A DNA stretch of 64,000 nt from an uncultured Acidimicrobiia bacterium (GTDB lineage Bacteria > Actinomycetota > Acidimicrobiia > Acidimicrobiales > AC-14), in NCBI GenBank assembly GCA_963836205.1, contig CAWIIV010000007.1, positions 192,001 through 256,000 on the forward strand, given 5' to 3'. The notes beneath the pieces are model-generated. The model saw only the letters and a program-made list of their open reading frames with translations, was not told where the DNA came from and searched no databases. A program made the position numbers and the translations under genes. Every line of letters begins with the position of its first letter. The first letter of the stretch is position 1. Below are positions 53,001 to 64,000 of the stretch, piece by piece.

Positions 53001-56000
53001 TGGTGGACGTGGTGGTCGTCGGCGGGACGGTGGTCGAGATCGTCGAGGTGGTGGACGTGGTGGTCGTCGGCGGGACGGTCGTCGAGGTCGTCGAGGTGGT
53101 GGACGTGGTGGTCGTCGGCGGGACGGTGGTCAGATCTCAGGTGGTCGACGTGGTGGTCGTCGGCGGGACGGTCGTCGAGGTGGTACGTGGTGGTCGTCGG
53201 CGGGATGGGGGTGCTGGTGGTTGTCGAGGTGGTCGTCGTCGGCGGGACGGTGGTCGAGGTGGTCGACGTGGTCGTCGTCGGCGGGACGGTCGTCGAGGTC
53301 GTCGAGGTGGTGGACGTGGTCGTCGTCGGCGGGACGGTGGTGGAGGTGGTCGACGTGGTCGAGGTGGTCGTCGTCGGCGGGACGGTGGTCGAGGTGGTCG
53401 ACGTGGTCGTCGTCGGCGGGACGGTCGTCGAGGTGGTCGACGTGGTCGTCGTCGGGGGGACAGTGGTCGACGTGGTCGTCGTCGGCGGGACGGTGGTCGA
53501 GGTGGTGGACGTGGTGGACGTGGTGGACGTGGTGGTCGTCGGCGGGATGGTGGTGGTGGTCGGCGGGACGGTCGTCGAGGTGCTCGTCGGCGGGACGGTG
53601 GTCGAGGTGCTCGTCGGCGGGACGGTGGTCGAGGTGGTGGTCGGCGGGACGGTCGTCGAGGTGGTGGTCGTCGGCGGGACGGTCGTCGAGGTGGTGGTCG
53701 TCGGCGGGACGGTGGTCGAGGTGGTCGTCGTCGGCGGGACGGTGGTCGAGGTGGTCGAGGTGGTCGTCGTGGGCGGGACGGTGGTCGTGGTCGACGTGGT
53801 GGTCGTCGGCGGGACGGTGGTCGAGGTGGTGGACGTGGTCGTCGTCGGCGGGACGGTCGTCGAGGTCGTCGAGGTGGTGGACGTGGTCGTCGTCGGCGGG
53901 ACGGTGGTGGTCGTGGTCGAGGTGGTCGACGTGGTCGTCGTCGGCGGGACGGTCGTCGAGGTGGTCGACGTCGTCGTGAGTGGTCGTCGACGTGGTCGTG
54001 GTCGTGGGCGGGCTCCCGATCGGGATGGCCCAGAGCGAGGTATTCGACTCCACGGGACCACCAGGTACCCCGGCCGGCGGGATGCCGGTGGCGACGGCCG
54101 AGTTCATGATCGGAGTGCCGGCGGCGACGTCGGCCTCGGTCGCGACGTAGGAGGCGGTGCACGTCGTCGTGGCCGAGGGCGCGAGAGGGGTCGACGGGCA
54201 GGTCACCGGGCTCAACCCGGGCAGGGCGTCGATCACGGCCACCCCGCTCAGCTCGAAGTCGCCGACGTTGATGACGGTGAAGGAGTAGTCGATCTGCTCT
54301 CCCTCATCGGCACCACCGTCGGAGTCGGTGTCGGCCAGGGTGGCCGACTTGGCCAGGAACAGAGCCGGGGTCGGCCCGACCGGGGTGAAGGTCGAGTATG
54401 GCGTCGACTCGACGGGGGCGCTCAAGGGGGGAACGCCAGTGGCGGTGGCTGTGTTCAGGATGTAGCCGCCGGAGCTAACGCGCGCTCCCCGGCGGTCGGC
54501 CTCGGTCACCACGTACGACACGGGCCCACACGTGGTGGAGGCGCCGGGCCCCAGGGTGGTCGAGGGGCAGGTGACCGGGCCCAGCCCGGGCATGGCGTCC
54601 ACCACCGCCACCCCGCTCAGGGGGACGTTGCCGGTGTTGGTGACCGTAAACGAGTAGTCGATCACCTCACCGGCGTCGGCGGTCAGGTTGGCGTTGGTGT
54701 CGACCAGGACCGCCGATTTGGCCAGCGCCAACGCCGGGGCTGCGACTGCGGTCGTGGTGGACGACAGTGTGGAGTAGGCAGGGGGTTGACCGTCGGGGGG
54801 GTTGCCGGTGGCCATGGCCGAGTTCAAGATGGGCGCGCCCGTGTCGACATCGGCTTGGGTCACGACGTACGACGCCGTGCACGTCATCGAGCCCGCGAGA
54901 CCAAGCGTGGTCGCCGGACACGTGACCGGGCCCAGGCCGGGCAGGGGATCGCTGACGCCGACGTCGGTCAGAATGGCGTTGCCGGTGTTGGTGACGGCGA
55001 ACGAGTAGTCGATCTGTTCGCCCACGTCGGCCAGGCCGTCGGCGTTGGAGTCGGCCAGGATCGCCGACTTGGTCAGCGCCAGCGCCGGGGCTCCGACTGG
55101 AGTCGCGGTGGACGAACCCTCCGAAAAGACGGCGTGACGACCATCGGGCGGGGCTCCCACTGGCTACGGCATACTGGAAGATGGGCTGGCGGGCGTCGAC
55201 ATCGGCTTGGGTCACCACGTACGACGCCGTGCACATGGTCGAGGCCGATGGAACAAGCGTGGTCGCCGAACACGTGACCGGGAGCAACGGCGAGGTGAAG
55301 ATGTCAAGAGTCAGAATGGCGTCGCCGGTGTTGGTGGCGGCGAACGAGTAGTCGATCTGTTCGCCGACATCGGCCAGGCCGTCGGCGTTGGAGTCCGCCA
55401 GCATCGTCGACATGACCATGGTCAGCGCCGGGGTTGCGATTGGGGTCGTGGAGGACGACGGCAGGGACTGGCGGGGGATCCCTTGACCAACAAACAGGGT
55501 GAAGGCCGTCGCCGTTGCGGTATTCGGGATCGGCTGATCGGCGTCTACGTCGGTGAGGGTGACCAGGTACGGCGCAGTGCACGTAACCGACGCCCCCGGA
55601 CCGAATGTGGTCGGCGGACACGTCACGGCGCCCAGTTTGGGGTCGTCGATGGAGGTGGACGTCAGGCTGTAACCACCGGTGTTGGTGACCAGGAACGAGT
55701 AGTCGATCTGCTCGCCGACATCGGCCAGGCCGTCCGAGTTGGTGTCGGCCAGGGTCGCGGACTTGACCAGAGTCAGGGCGGGAGCCGGGCCCGAGGTCTG
55801 GAAGAAGTGGTATTCCGGCGCGGTCTGTACGGGAATGCTGCGGGGGGCAATGCCCTCGACCGTCGCCGTGTTCGTGACGATGCCGGCATCCACGTCGGCT
55901 TGGGTCACGACATAGGGCGCCGCCGTGCACGCCATCTGACCTTGGGGCGCGAGGGTCGTAGCGGCACAGGTGACCGGGCCCAAGAGGGGATCGACGAAGG

Positions 56001-56655
56001 CTATGTCGGCGATGGTGACGTTGCCCAGGTTGGTGACGTCGAATGAGAAGGTGACCTGCTCGCCGGCATTGGCAAAGTTGTCACCGTTCGTGTCCGCCAA
56101 TACCGCCAGGTCGGATATCGCCAGCGCGGCGAACCCGGCCACCACCGGGGTGGTGGTGGACGACGGCGGGGAATCGACGGGCGTCGGGCCGCCGGGATCG
56201 ACGCCCGTGGCCGTGGCTGTGTTCACGATCGGACCGCCGTTGTCCACGTCCGCCTGGCTCACCACGTAGGCCGACGACGGGGTGCAGGTGGTGGAGGCGC
56301 CGGGCGCCAGCACCGTCGACGGGCACGTCACCGGACCCAGCCCGGGAAGGGAATCGACGACGGCCACGCTGGTCAGGACGGCGTCGCCGCTGTTGGTCAC
56401 GAGGAACGAGTAGTCGATCTGGTCGCCCGCGTCCGCCTCGTTGGGATCGAAGTGGACTGGCCCGGTGAGGTCGATCAACGTCGCCGTCTTGGCCACGGTC
56501 AGGCTGGCCGACGCCGCTGCCGGTGCGGGCGCCACTGTCCCGCTGGCGACCGCGGTGAACAGGACCCCAGCGGCCGCCAGCCCCCTGCGGCGCGCGTGGA
56601 CCCGCCTCCGCCGCTGCGCCAGGGTGAGTTCCGACGAGGAGCCCGACCGGGTCAA
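47086..56655 (-). CDS. Giant (~3,200 aa) surface protein: 7 Ig-like (DUF11/DUF7507-type) repeats, mucin-like TTVPP tract, Gly-rich tract and C-terminal multi-TM domain; broken by several frameshifts
   Basis: Stitched from ORFs 54667..56655, 53130..55160, 49316..54061 and 47086..49749; the same repeat text switches frames at single-base indels; signal-like N-terminus. Confidence 0.75.
48531..48868 (-). repeat. 15-bp tandem repeat, about 22 copies (GGTGGTGGCGGGCCT; GGGGP)
   Basis: Nearly perfect array; two units are GGSGP variants. Confidence 0.95.
49700..54005 (-). repeat. About 4.3-kb degenerate tandem array encoding (T/S)TTVPPTTT
   Basis: Recurrent GGCGGGACGGT(G/C)GTCGAGGTG on the + strand, with internal block duplications. 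Confidence 0.95.
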
Positions 56656-57276
56656 GGCGCGCTACGCCTCGCCCGGCGACGATCAGGCACGGGACGCTCT
56701 TGACCTTTTTTTCGACGTCGAAGGCGCCTGGTGGAACAAACCATCCCGGCCGAATCCCAGGATCGCCGCTGTGACGTGAGGCCGATCTCCGCGCGAATGA
56801 TCATCGTGGCCATGCCCCCAGCAAAGCGAAATGCCTTCTCAAGCTACAACCGCCAGGTCCGCCCGGGAAACCCCGCCGGTCGAAGAAGTATCGGGCGGGT
56901 CGAACGACGTGCGACTCGGAGATCTCGGGGCGAGCGGAACGACAGGCATCGACAGCGGCCGTCGGCGGAAGTTGCCCACATGCGCGTGCTGCAACTCGAC
57001 GGGCCGACCGGTGTCCCGAAGAGCATGTCCTTCGACATGGTGATCGGAACCGAGTGGCGGATGGCGGTGGTCATCTCGGCCAGGTACAGCCGAACCCGCC
57101 GTCGCCGCTCACCGACACCAACTTGCAGCTAGTCATGCGGGTCCTGCCTGGCCCGGCCATCGCTCGCCCTGTGGCGGGGTCGGCTGCCGTCGCCCAGAGT
57201 GACACACCCCCGGGCGCAGAAGAGGGGGGCCGGGCACTACTTTTCAACAACAGTTGCCGGCTCAGGCCGACAGCGG

Positions 57277-59567
<2,291 letters not shown>

Positions 59568-59571
<4 letters not shown>

Positions 59572-60236
59572 GCCGACAGCTCCTTCCTGACAAAGATCTG
59601 GTGGGCGACCTTCTCGCCCAGGAGTCGGTCCTTCCCGTCGACCCGGACCACGATGGGGCCGTCGAAGGGATGGCGTTCACGCACTTCGAGACGCACGCCG
59701 GGCCGCAGCCCGAGGGTCTCCAGGAACTCGATGACGTCCGGGTCGGTGGAGCCGGGGACGGCCATCACCGCGAATTCGCCGGGCTCGAGGTCGTACAACG
59801 GGGGCAGCGAGGGGATGTCGGCGGTCTCCGGCTCCGGGATCGGAAAGCCGTGGGGACACGACGACGGGCGGTCGAGGGCCACGAACAGCCGGTCCTCCAC
59901 CTCTTGGGGCAGGTCGTGCTCGAACGAGGTGGCGAGGCGGTCGGCCTCGTTCCAGGCGTAGCCGAGCATGTCGGACAGGAAGCGCTCGACGATGCGGTGG
60001 CGGCGGATGGCCGCGACCGCCGCCGAGCGGCCGAGGGGGGTGAGCTCGACACCCTTGTAGAGCTTGTGGACGAGGAGTCCCCGCTCGGCCAGCCGCTTGA
60101 CGGTGGCGGTGGCGGTGCCGGGGGCCACGCCCAGGGCCTCGGCCAAGGCGCCGGTGGACGCGTCGTGGCCTTCGTTCGACATCCGGTAGAGCGCTTTGAG
60201 CGCCTCGCGGTCGGGTTTCGAGTGGACGGGATCCAT
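59568..60236 (-). CDS. DtxR/MntR family metal-dependent regulator with FeoA domain
   Basis: HTH ALAEALGVAPGTAT, IRRHRIVERFL, FEH, CPHGFPIP, LGLRPG; ATGA overlap with hppA. Confidence 0.92.
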
Positions 60237-60280
60237 GTTTCGGCGTGCGAAAACTAGGACGCGACCTACCCAAACGTCAA
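60237..60280 (-). promoter_or_regulatory. Housekeeping-type promoter with an overlapping operator-like dyad
   Basis: TTGACG-N18-TAGTTT; dyad TTTCG-CACGC-CGAAA abuts the ATG. Confidence 0.55.
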
Positions 60281-60671
60281 ACTTCGCCTGGGTGCCAACC
60301 TTCGGGGGCGAGTTCGAACCCTTCGAACCGGAAGGCGGGGGAGACGGTGCACCCCACCAGGCTCCACCGACCGAGGGAGACCGCCGCCTGCCACTCTCCG
60401 GCGGCGACGACGTGCTGGGGATGGTCGGGTCGGAGGACGTGTCTGGTGGGGGGGTGAGGCCGTCGGCGGGGGCGGTGGAGAGCTCGAGCGGGTCGCCGTC
60501 GTAGAAGTGCCAGATCTCGGTGGCATCGACCCGGTGCCAATGCGACCGCTCGCCCGCCTGGAGGAGGTAGTAGATGGCGGTGACCGCCGCCTCCCGCCAC
60601 GTCTCCCGGTACCACCCTCCCTCGGGATGGGGAGCGAGGTCGAGTGCCCGGATGACGTCGTCGGCGTCCAA
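60277..60671 (-). CDS. Cupin_5 (DUF985) protein, frameshifted at a homopolymer near 60450
   Basis: LAPHPEGGWYRET, TAIYYLL, SHWHRV, then GEWQAA..LVGCTVSPAFRFEGFEL in another frame. Confidence 0.85.
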
Positions 60672-60679
60672 CCGATCGG

Positions 60680-61180
60680 TCAGGCCGGGTCTTGGTAGGG
60701 GATCTGGTCGCCGAAAACGAGGTCGATCCGCCGCCGCTTGAGCGCCTGCTCGTCGTGGCACAGGGCCTCGATGGCGGCGACGGTCTCCTCGCTCACTCCG
60801 AGTCGCTCGGTGACCCGCCGCACCTGGGCCCGTTCGTCGTCGTTGTAGGCCCCGTCGGCGCCCGAGGCCCGGACGGCATCGAACACGGCCACCCGGCCCC
60901 ACGTCTCCGCTACCGGCATGTTGCGCTCGATGATGTCCATCACGTCCTCGTCGGCCGCGTAGGCCTCCAGGGCGTCGACGGTGGACTGGTGGGCGCCGCA
61001 TGCGGCCCCGTAGCCGATCACCCAGTCCTCCTCCGCCTGGGTCAGCTCGCCGTCACCGCCGCCCCGGGCGCAGACCATGATCATCTTCAGGTAGTCGAGG
61101 CGCTCGTCCTCGGGCACGCCGCTCGGGAAGTCCCACATCTCCCGCAGCAGCCAGAGCCCACCCGTCTCGTGCGTGTCCAT
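60680..61180 (-). CDS. Hypothetical TerB-like helical protein
   Basis: GDGELTQAEE and ADGAYNDDERA acidic loop pair; GGAGG RBS. Confidence 0.6.
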   Translation of the reverse strand: MDTHETGGLWLLREMWDFPSGVPEDERLDYLKMIMVCARGGGDGELTQAEEDWVIGYGAACGAHQSTVDALEAYAADEDVMDIIERNMPVAETWGRVAVFDAVRASGADGAYNDDERAQVRRVTERLGVSEETVAAIEALCHDEQALKRRRIDLVFGDQIPYQDPA

Positions 61181-61214
61181 GTGCCGCCTCCGTTCGCCCG
61201 GATGACGGGGAATC

Positions 61215-61478
61215 CTAGGCGGGCAGGATCTCGTAGAGCGGGTTGAGGATGGCCAGGCGGTCGTGGTAGCTGCCGGCCATGCCCTCCACCGCCAGCAGGG
61301 TGCCGGGGTGGATGCCGGCCACCTTGCGCCGGCCGAGGAAGACCACCCCGATGCCGCCGGTGGCGTCGACCAGGGTGCACTCGAGCGTGGGGACGCCGGC
61401 CCGGGGCTGCACCCGCACCGATCGCACCCGACCCGCGACCCGCACCCGGGTCCGCCATTGCACGTCCCCGATCGTCAT
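61215..61478 (-). CDS. OB-fold nucleic-acid-binding-like small protein
   Basis: RVRVAGRVRSVRV, LVDATG, FLGRR, ILNPLYE; ATGA overlap with the APC permease. Confidence 0.8.
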   Translation of the reverse strand: MTIGDVQWRTRVRVAGRVRSVRVQPRAGVPTLECTLVDATGGIGVVFLGRRKVAGIHPGTLLAVEGMAGSYHDRLAILNPLYEILPA

Positions 61479-63424
61479 TGGCCCAGGTGGTAGGGGACGA
61501 AGGTCACGTTGGCGTGGGGCAGCCCGGCCAGGGCGCGGGCCAGTCGGTCGGCCGTGCGATCGTGCAACAGGCGGTGCCACAGCCGGCGGTAGCAGCGGCG
61601 GGGCAGCAACACGCTGACCTCGGTGTCGCCGCCGGCCAGGAGCTCGCTCACCACCTCCACCAGCGCCTGCGTCAATCGCCGGTCGGGGCAGTCGACCAAC
61701 TCCAGGGTGAGCCGGGACAGTCCGAGCCGGGCCCACTCGTCGGCCAAGCCCTCGGCCACCACCAGGTCGGAGGCGAGGTGGACCGCCCGCAGCTCGTCCG
61801 GAGCCAGGGTGCGGGCGTACTGGATGGCCCGGGCCGTGCTCCGGTCGAGGCGCTCGACGAGGACGAGGACCACGTGGCGGCGCAGGATCGGCGCGGTGGC
61901 GGCGAGCCGGGCGTCGTGCTCCAGCTCGGTGGCCTCCAGCTCGTACTGGCGGTGGAGGCGCATGACCAGCAGGACGCTCACCGGCACCAGGACCACGATC
62001 AACCAGGCCCCGTGGGTGAACTTGGTGATCGTGATGACCAGCAGGACCACGGCCGACAGGAGCGCGCCGATGCCGTTGATGGCCAGCCCGGCGCGCCAAC
62101 CATCCTCCCGGAGGCGCAGGTGGTGCCGCGTCATTCCCGCCTGCGACAGGGTGAACGAGGTGAACACGCCCACCGCGTACAGGGGGATGAGGTGGTCGAC
62201 CTTGGCCCCGGTGACCACGACCAGGGCGATCGACGCCGCCGTCAGCCACAGGATGCCGGTGGAGAACACCAGCCGGTGGCCCCGGTGGACCAGCCGCCGG
62301 GGAAGGAAGCCGTCCTCCGCCTGGAACGAGGCCAGCCGGGGAAAGTCGGCGAAGGAGGTGTTGGCGGCCAGGACGAGGATGAGCAACGTCCCCGCCTGGA
62401 GGGTGAAGAAGAGCACGTGGCCGGTGGCGCCGCCGCCGTAGACGAGCTTGCCCACCTGCGAGATCACCGTCGGCGATCCCTCCGCGAAGGGGACCACGTG
62501 CATCTTCGCGGCCAGCACCGACAGGCCGAGGAACATCACCCCGAGGGCGGCCCCCATCACCACCAGGGTGGAGCGGGCGTTCTTCCACTCCGGCGCCCGG
62601 AAGGCGGGCACCCCGTTGGAGATGGCCTCCACCCCGGTGACCGCGGCCCCGCCCGAGGCAAAGGCGTGGAGGAGCACGAACAGACCCGCCCCCAGGAACA
62701 GGGTGGGGTCGTTGGTCCCCAGCTGCACCAGCCCCTCGTGGTCGAGCGCCGCCGTGGGCAGCCCGCCGACCACCATCCGCACCAGCCCCACGCCGAGCAG
62801 CAGGAGCATGTTGACGATGAAGAAGTAGGTGGGAAGGGCGAAGAGCTTCCCCGACTCCCGAACGCCCCGCAGGTTGCCGTAGGCCACGATCAGGATGAAG
62901 CCGATCGAGATCGGGACCGCCGCCGGGACCAGGGCGGGCACCGCAGACGTGAGCGCGGCCGTCCCTGCGGACACCGACACCGCCACCGTGAGCACGTAGT
63001 CGGCCATCAGGGACACGCCGGCGACCTGGGCGGGGACGATCCCGAAGTTGTCGCGGGTGACCACGTAGGCGCCGCCCGCCGTCGGGTAGGCCTTGATCGT
63101 CTGCCGGTAGGACAGGATCAGGAAGGCGAGCACCACCAGCATGGCCACGGTGAGGGGCACGACGAGGGCGAAGGCGGCCAGGCCCACCGCCGGCACCAGG
63201 ACCCGCAGGATCTCCTCGGTGGCGTAGGCCGACGACGACAGGTTGTCGGACGCGAACACGGCCAGGGCGGTGGGCCGGCCCAGGCGCTCGTGGACCAGTT
63301 GCTCGTTGCTGAGGGGCGGGCCGAGGAAGCGGTCCTTGGCCCGCTCGACCATCCCCCCCGGCGGGGGCGGCGGGGCCGGGGGGAGGGGCCGGGGGGTGGC
63401 GGTGAGCGTCATCGGGCTCATCAT
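61475..63424 (-). CDS. APC family permease (KimA/YdaO-like, probable K+ importer)
   Basis: FASDNLSSSAYATEE, SYRQTIKAYPTAGGAY, TGVEAISNGVP, ANTSFADFP, LIPLYAVGVF; soluble C-domain. Confidence 0.88.
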   Translation of the reverse strand: MMSPMTLTATPRPLPPAPPPPPGGMVERAKDRFLGPPLSNEQLVHERLGRPTALAVFASDNLSSSAYATEEILRVLVPAVGLAAFALVVPLTVAMLVVLAFLILSYRQTIKAYPTAGGAYVVTRDNFGIVPAQVAGVSLMADYVLTVAVSVSAGTAALTSAVPALVPAAVPISIGFILIVAYGNLRGVRESGKLFALPTYFFIVNMLLLLGVGLVRMVVGGLPTAALDHEGLVQLGTNDPTLFLGAGLFVLLHAFASGGAAVTGVEAISNGVPAFRAPEWKNARSTLVVMGAALGVMFLGLSVLAAKMHVVPFAEGSPTVISQVGKLVYGGGATGHVLFFTLQAGTLLILVLAANTSFADFPRLASFQAEDGFLPRRLVHRGHRLVFSTGILWLTAASIALVVVTGAKVDHLIPLYAVGVFTSFTLSQAGMTRHHLRLREDGWRAGLAINGIGALLSAVVLLVITITKFTHGAWLIVVLVPVSVLLVMRLHRQYELEATELEHDARLAATAPILRRHVVLVLVERLDRSTARAIQYARTLAPDELRAVHLASDLVVAEGLADEWARLGLSRLTLELVDCPDRRLTQALVEVVSELLAGGDTEVSVLLPRRCYRRLWHRLLHDRTADRLARALAGLPHANVTFVPYHLGQ

Positions 63425-63436
63425 CGGCCCCGAGCC

Positions 63437-63487
63437 GTCAAGGACTCCTCAAGGCGGCCGGTCGAGTCGTCAAGAACGCGCAAAGAT
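63437..63487. promoter_or_regulatory. KdpE-type direct repeats (TCAAG, 11-nt period)
   Basis: TCAAG at 63438, 63449 and 63470; CAAAG at 63481. Confidence 0.55.
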
Positions 63488-63496
63488 CGTCCCCCG

Positions 63497-64000
63497 ATGA
63501 CCCGCTTCCGCCTGCCCCGGCACGCCCCCGGGTTGGGGGCCGCTGTCGGCGTCGGTGGGGCGGTGGCGGTGCTCACCGTGCTGGTGCCGTTCCGATCACG
63601 GATCAGCGCCACGTCACCCGCCCTCCTCCTCGTCCTGGCGGTGGTGGCGGCGGGCGTGGTGGGCGGGGCCCGGGCCGCCGCCGGCACCGCGGTGGTGGCC
63701 GCCGCCGGCTTCAACCTCACGTTCATCCGCCCCTACGGCAAGCTCAAGGTCGACGCCTGGGAGGACTGGGTGGTGCTGGGGGTCTTCCTGGCGGTGGCCC
63801 TGGTGGTGGGGGTGCTGGTGGCGGCCGAGGCCGACCGCCGGCGGGCGGCCGAGACCCGGGAGGGCGAGCTGCGGGTCCTGTATGAGCGGCTCCAGGCGGC
63901 CGACGAGGAGCGGGCCCGGCTGAGCGACGAGGTGGCCCGCATGGAGGTGCTCAAGCGGGTGGACGAGCAGCGCTCCGCCCTCCTGCGTTCGGTGTCCCAC
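63497..64000 (+). CDS. KdpD-like sensor histidine kinase (DUF4118 TM bundle; partial)
   Basis: Read by hand: four TM segments, FNLTFIRPYGKLKV..EDWVVL, then QRSALLRSVSH (H-box) at the window edge. Confidence 0.85.
   Translation, partial: MTRFRLPRHAPGLGAAVGVGGAVAVLTVLVPFRSRISATSPALLLVLAVVAAGVVGGARAAAGTAVVAAAGFNLTFIRPYGKLKVDAWEDWVVLGVFLAVALVVGVLVAAEADRRRAAETREGELRVLYERLQAADEERARLSDEVARMEVLKRVDEQRSALLRSVSH

Noticed and set aside
48531-54005. Possible CRISPR array
   Set aside because: No unique spacers, unit lengths are codon multiples, and there are no cas genes.
49316-55277. Long ORFs of (DHRPADDH)n, (VVVGGTVVE)n and (WSSAGRW)n that look like His-rich metal-binding or Val/Trp-rich proteins
   Set aside because: They are alternative-frame and antisense readings of the Thr/Pro repeat. 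Only the TTVPP frame joins the flanking domains.
56660-57270. 600-bp intergenic region with palindrome TTCGACGTCGAA and short ORFs; possible riboswitch or sRNA
   Set aside because: I could not match a known RNA motif or find a convincing coding signal; an Rfam scan would be needed.

Overview
GC-rich actinobacterial chromosome segment (gene content suggests an Acidimicrobiia-like lineage; inference) with several single-base frameshifts, probably long-read indel errors. From left to right: (1) 1-9.4 kb, a phosphate/polyphosphate module (SixA-like phosphatase, NUDIX, CYTH-CHAD, ppk1, surE, an atypical RegX3 paralog, a collagen-like protein, regX3-senX3) with PHO-box-like GTTCACC repeats. (2) 9.5-21 kb, accessory genes (small ORFs, PPOX, YbaK, DHFR-like, ERCC4-Lsr2, an ABC peptide transporter with no ATPase, and a divergent S8 protease / TPR-CHAT protease pair). 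(3) 21.4-36 kb, the main highlight: a terpene nanocompartment cluster with two family 2B encapsulin shell genes that share about 1 kb of near-identical DNA, a geosmin-type synthase, a 2-MIB/methylenebornane-type synthase, GPP methyltransferase, polyprenyl transferase, DXS, IDI and a divergent AAA-LuxR regulator. (4) GH16, tRNA-Thr and the core holB-tmk-MFS-topA block, dedA and a PIN toxin-antitoxin pair. (5) A roughly 9.6 kb giant surface-protein gene (Ig-like repeats, a mucin-like Thr/Pro tract, a GPGGG tract and a polytopic anchor). (6) A DtxR/MntR-hppA pair, cupin, TerB-like gene, and an APC (KimA-like) permease with a divergent KdpD-like sensor.
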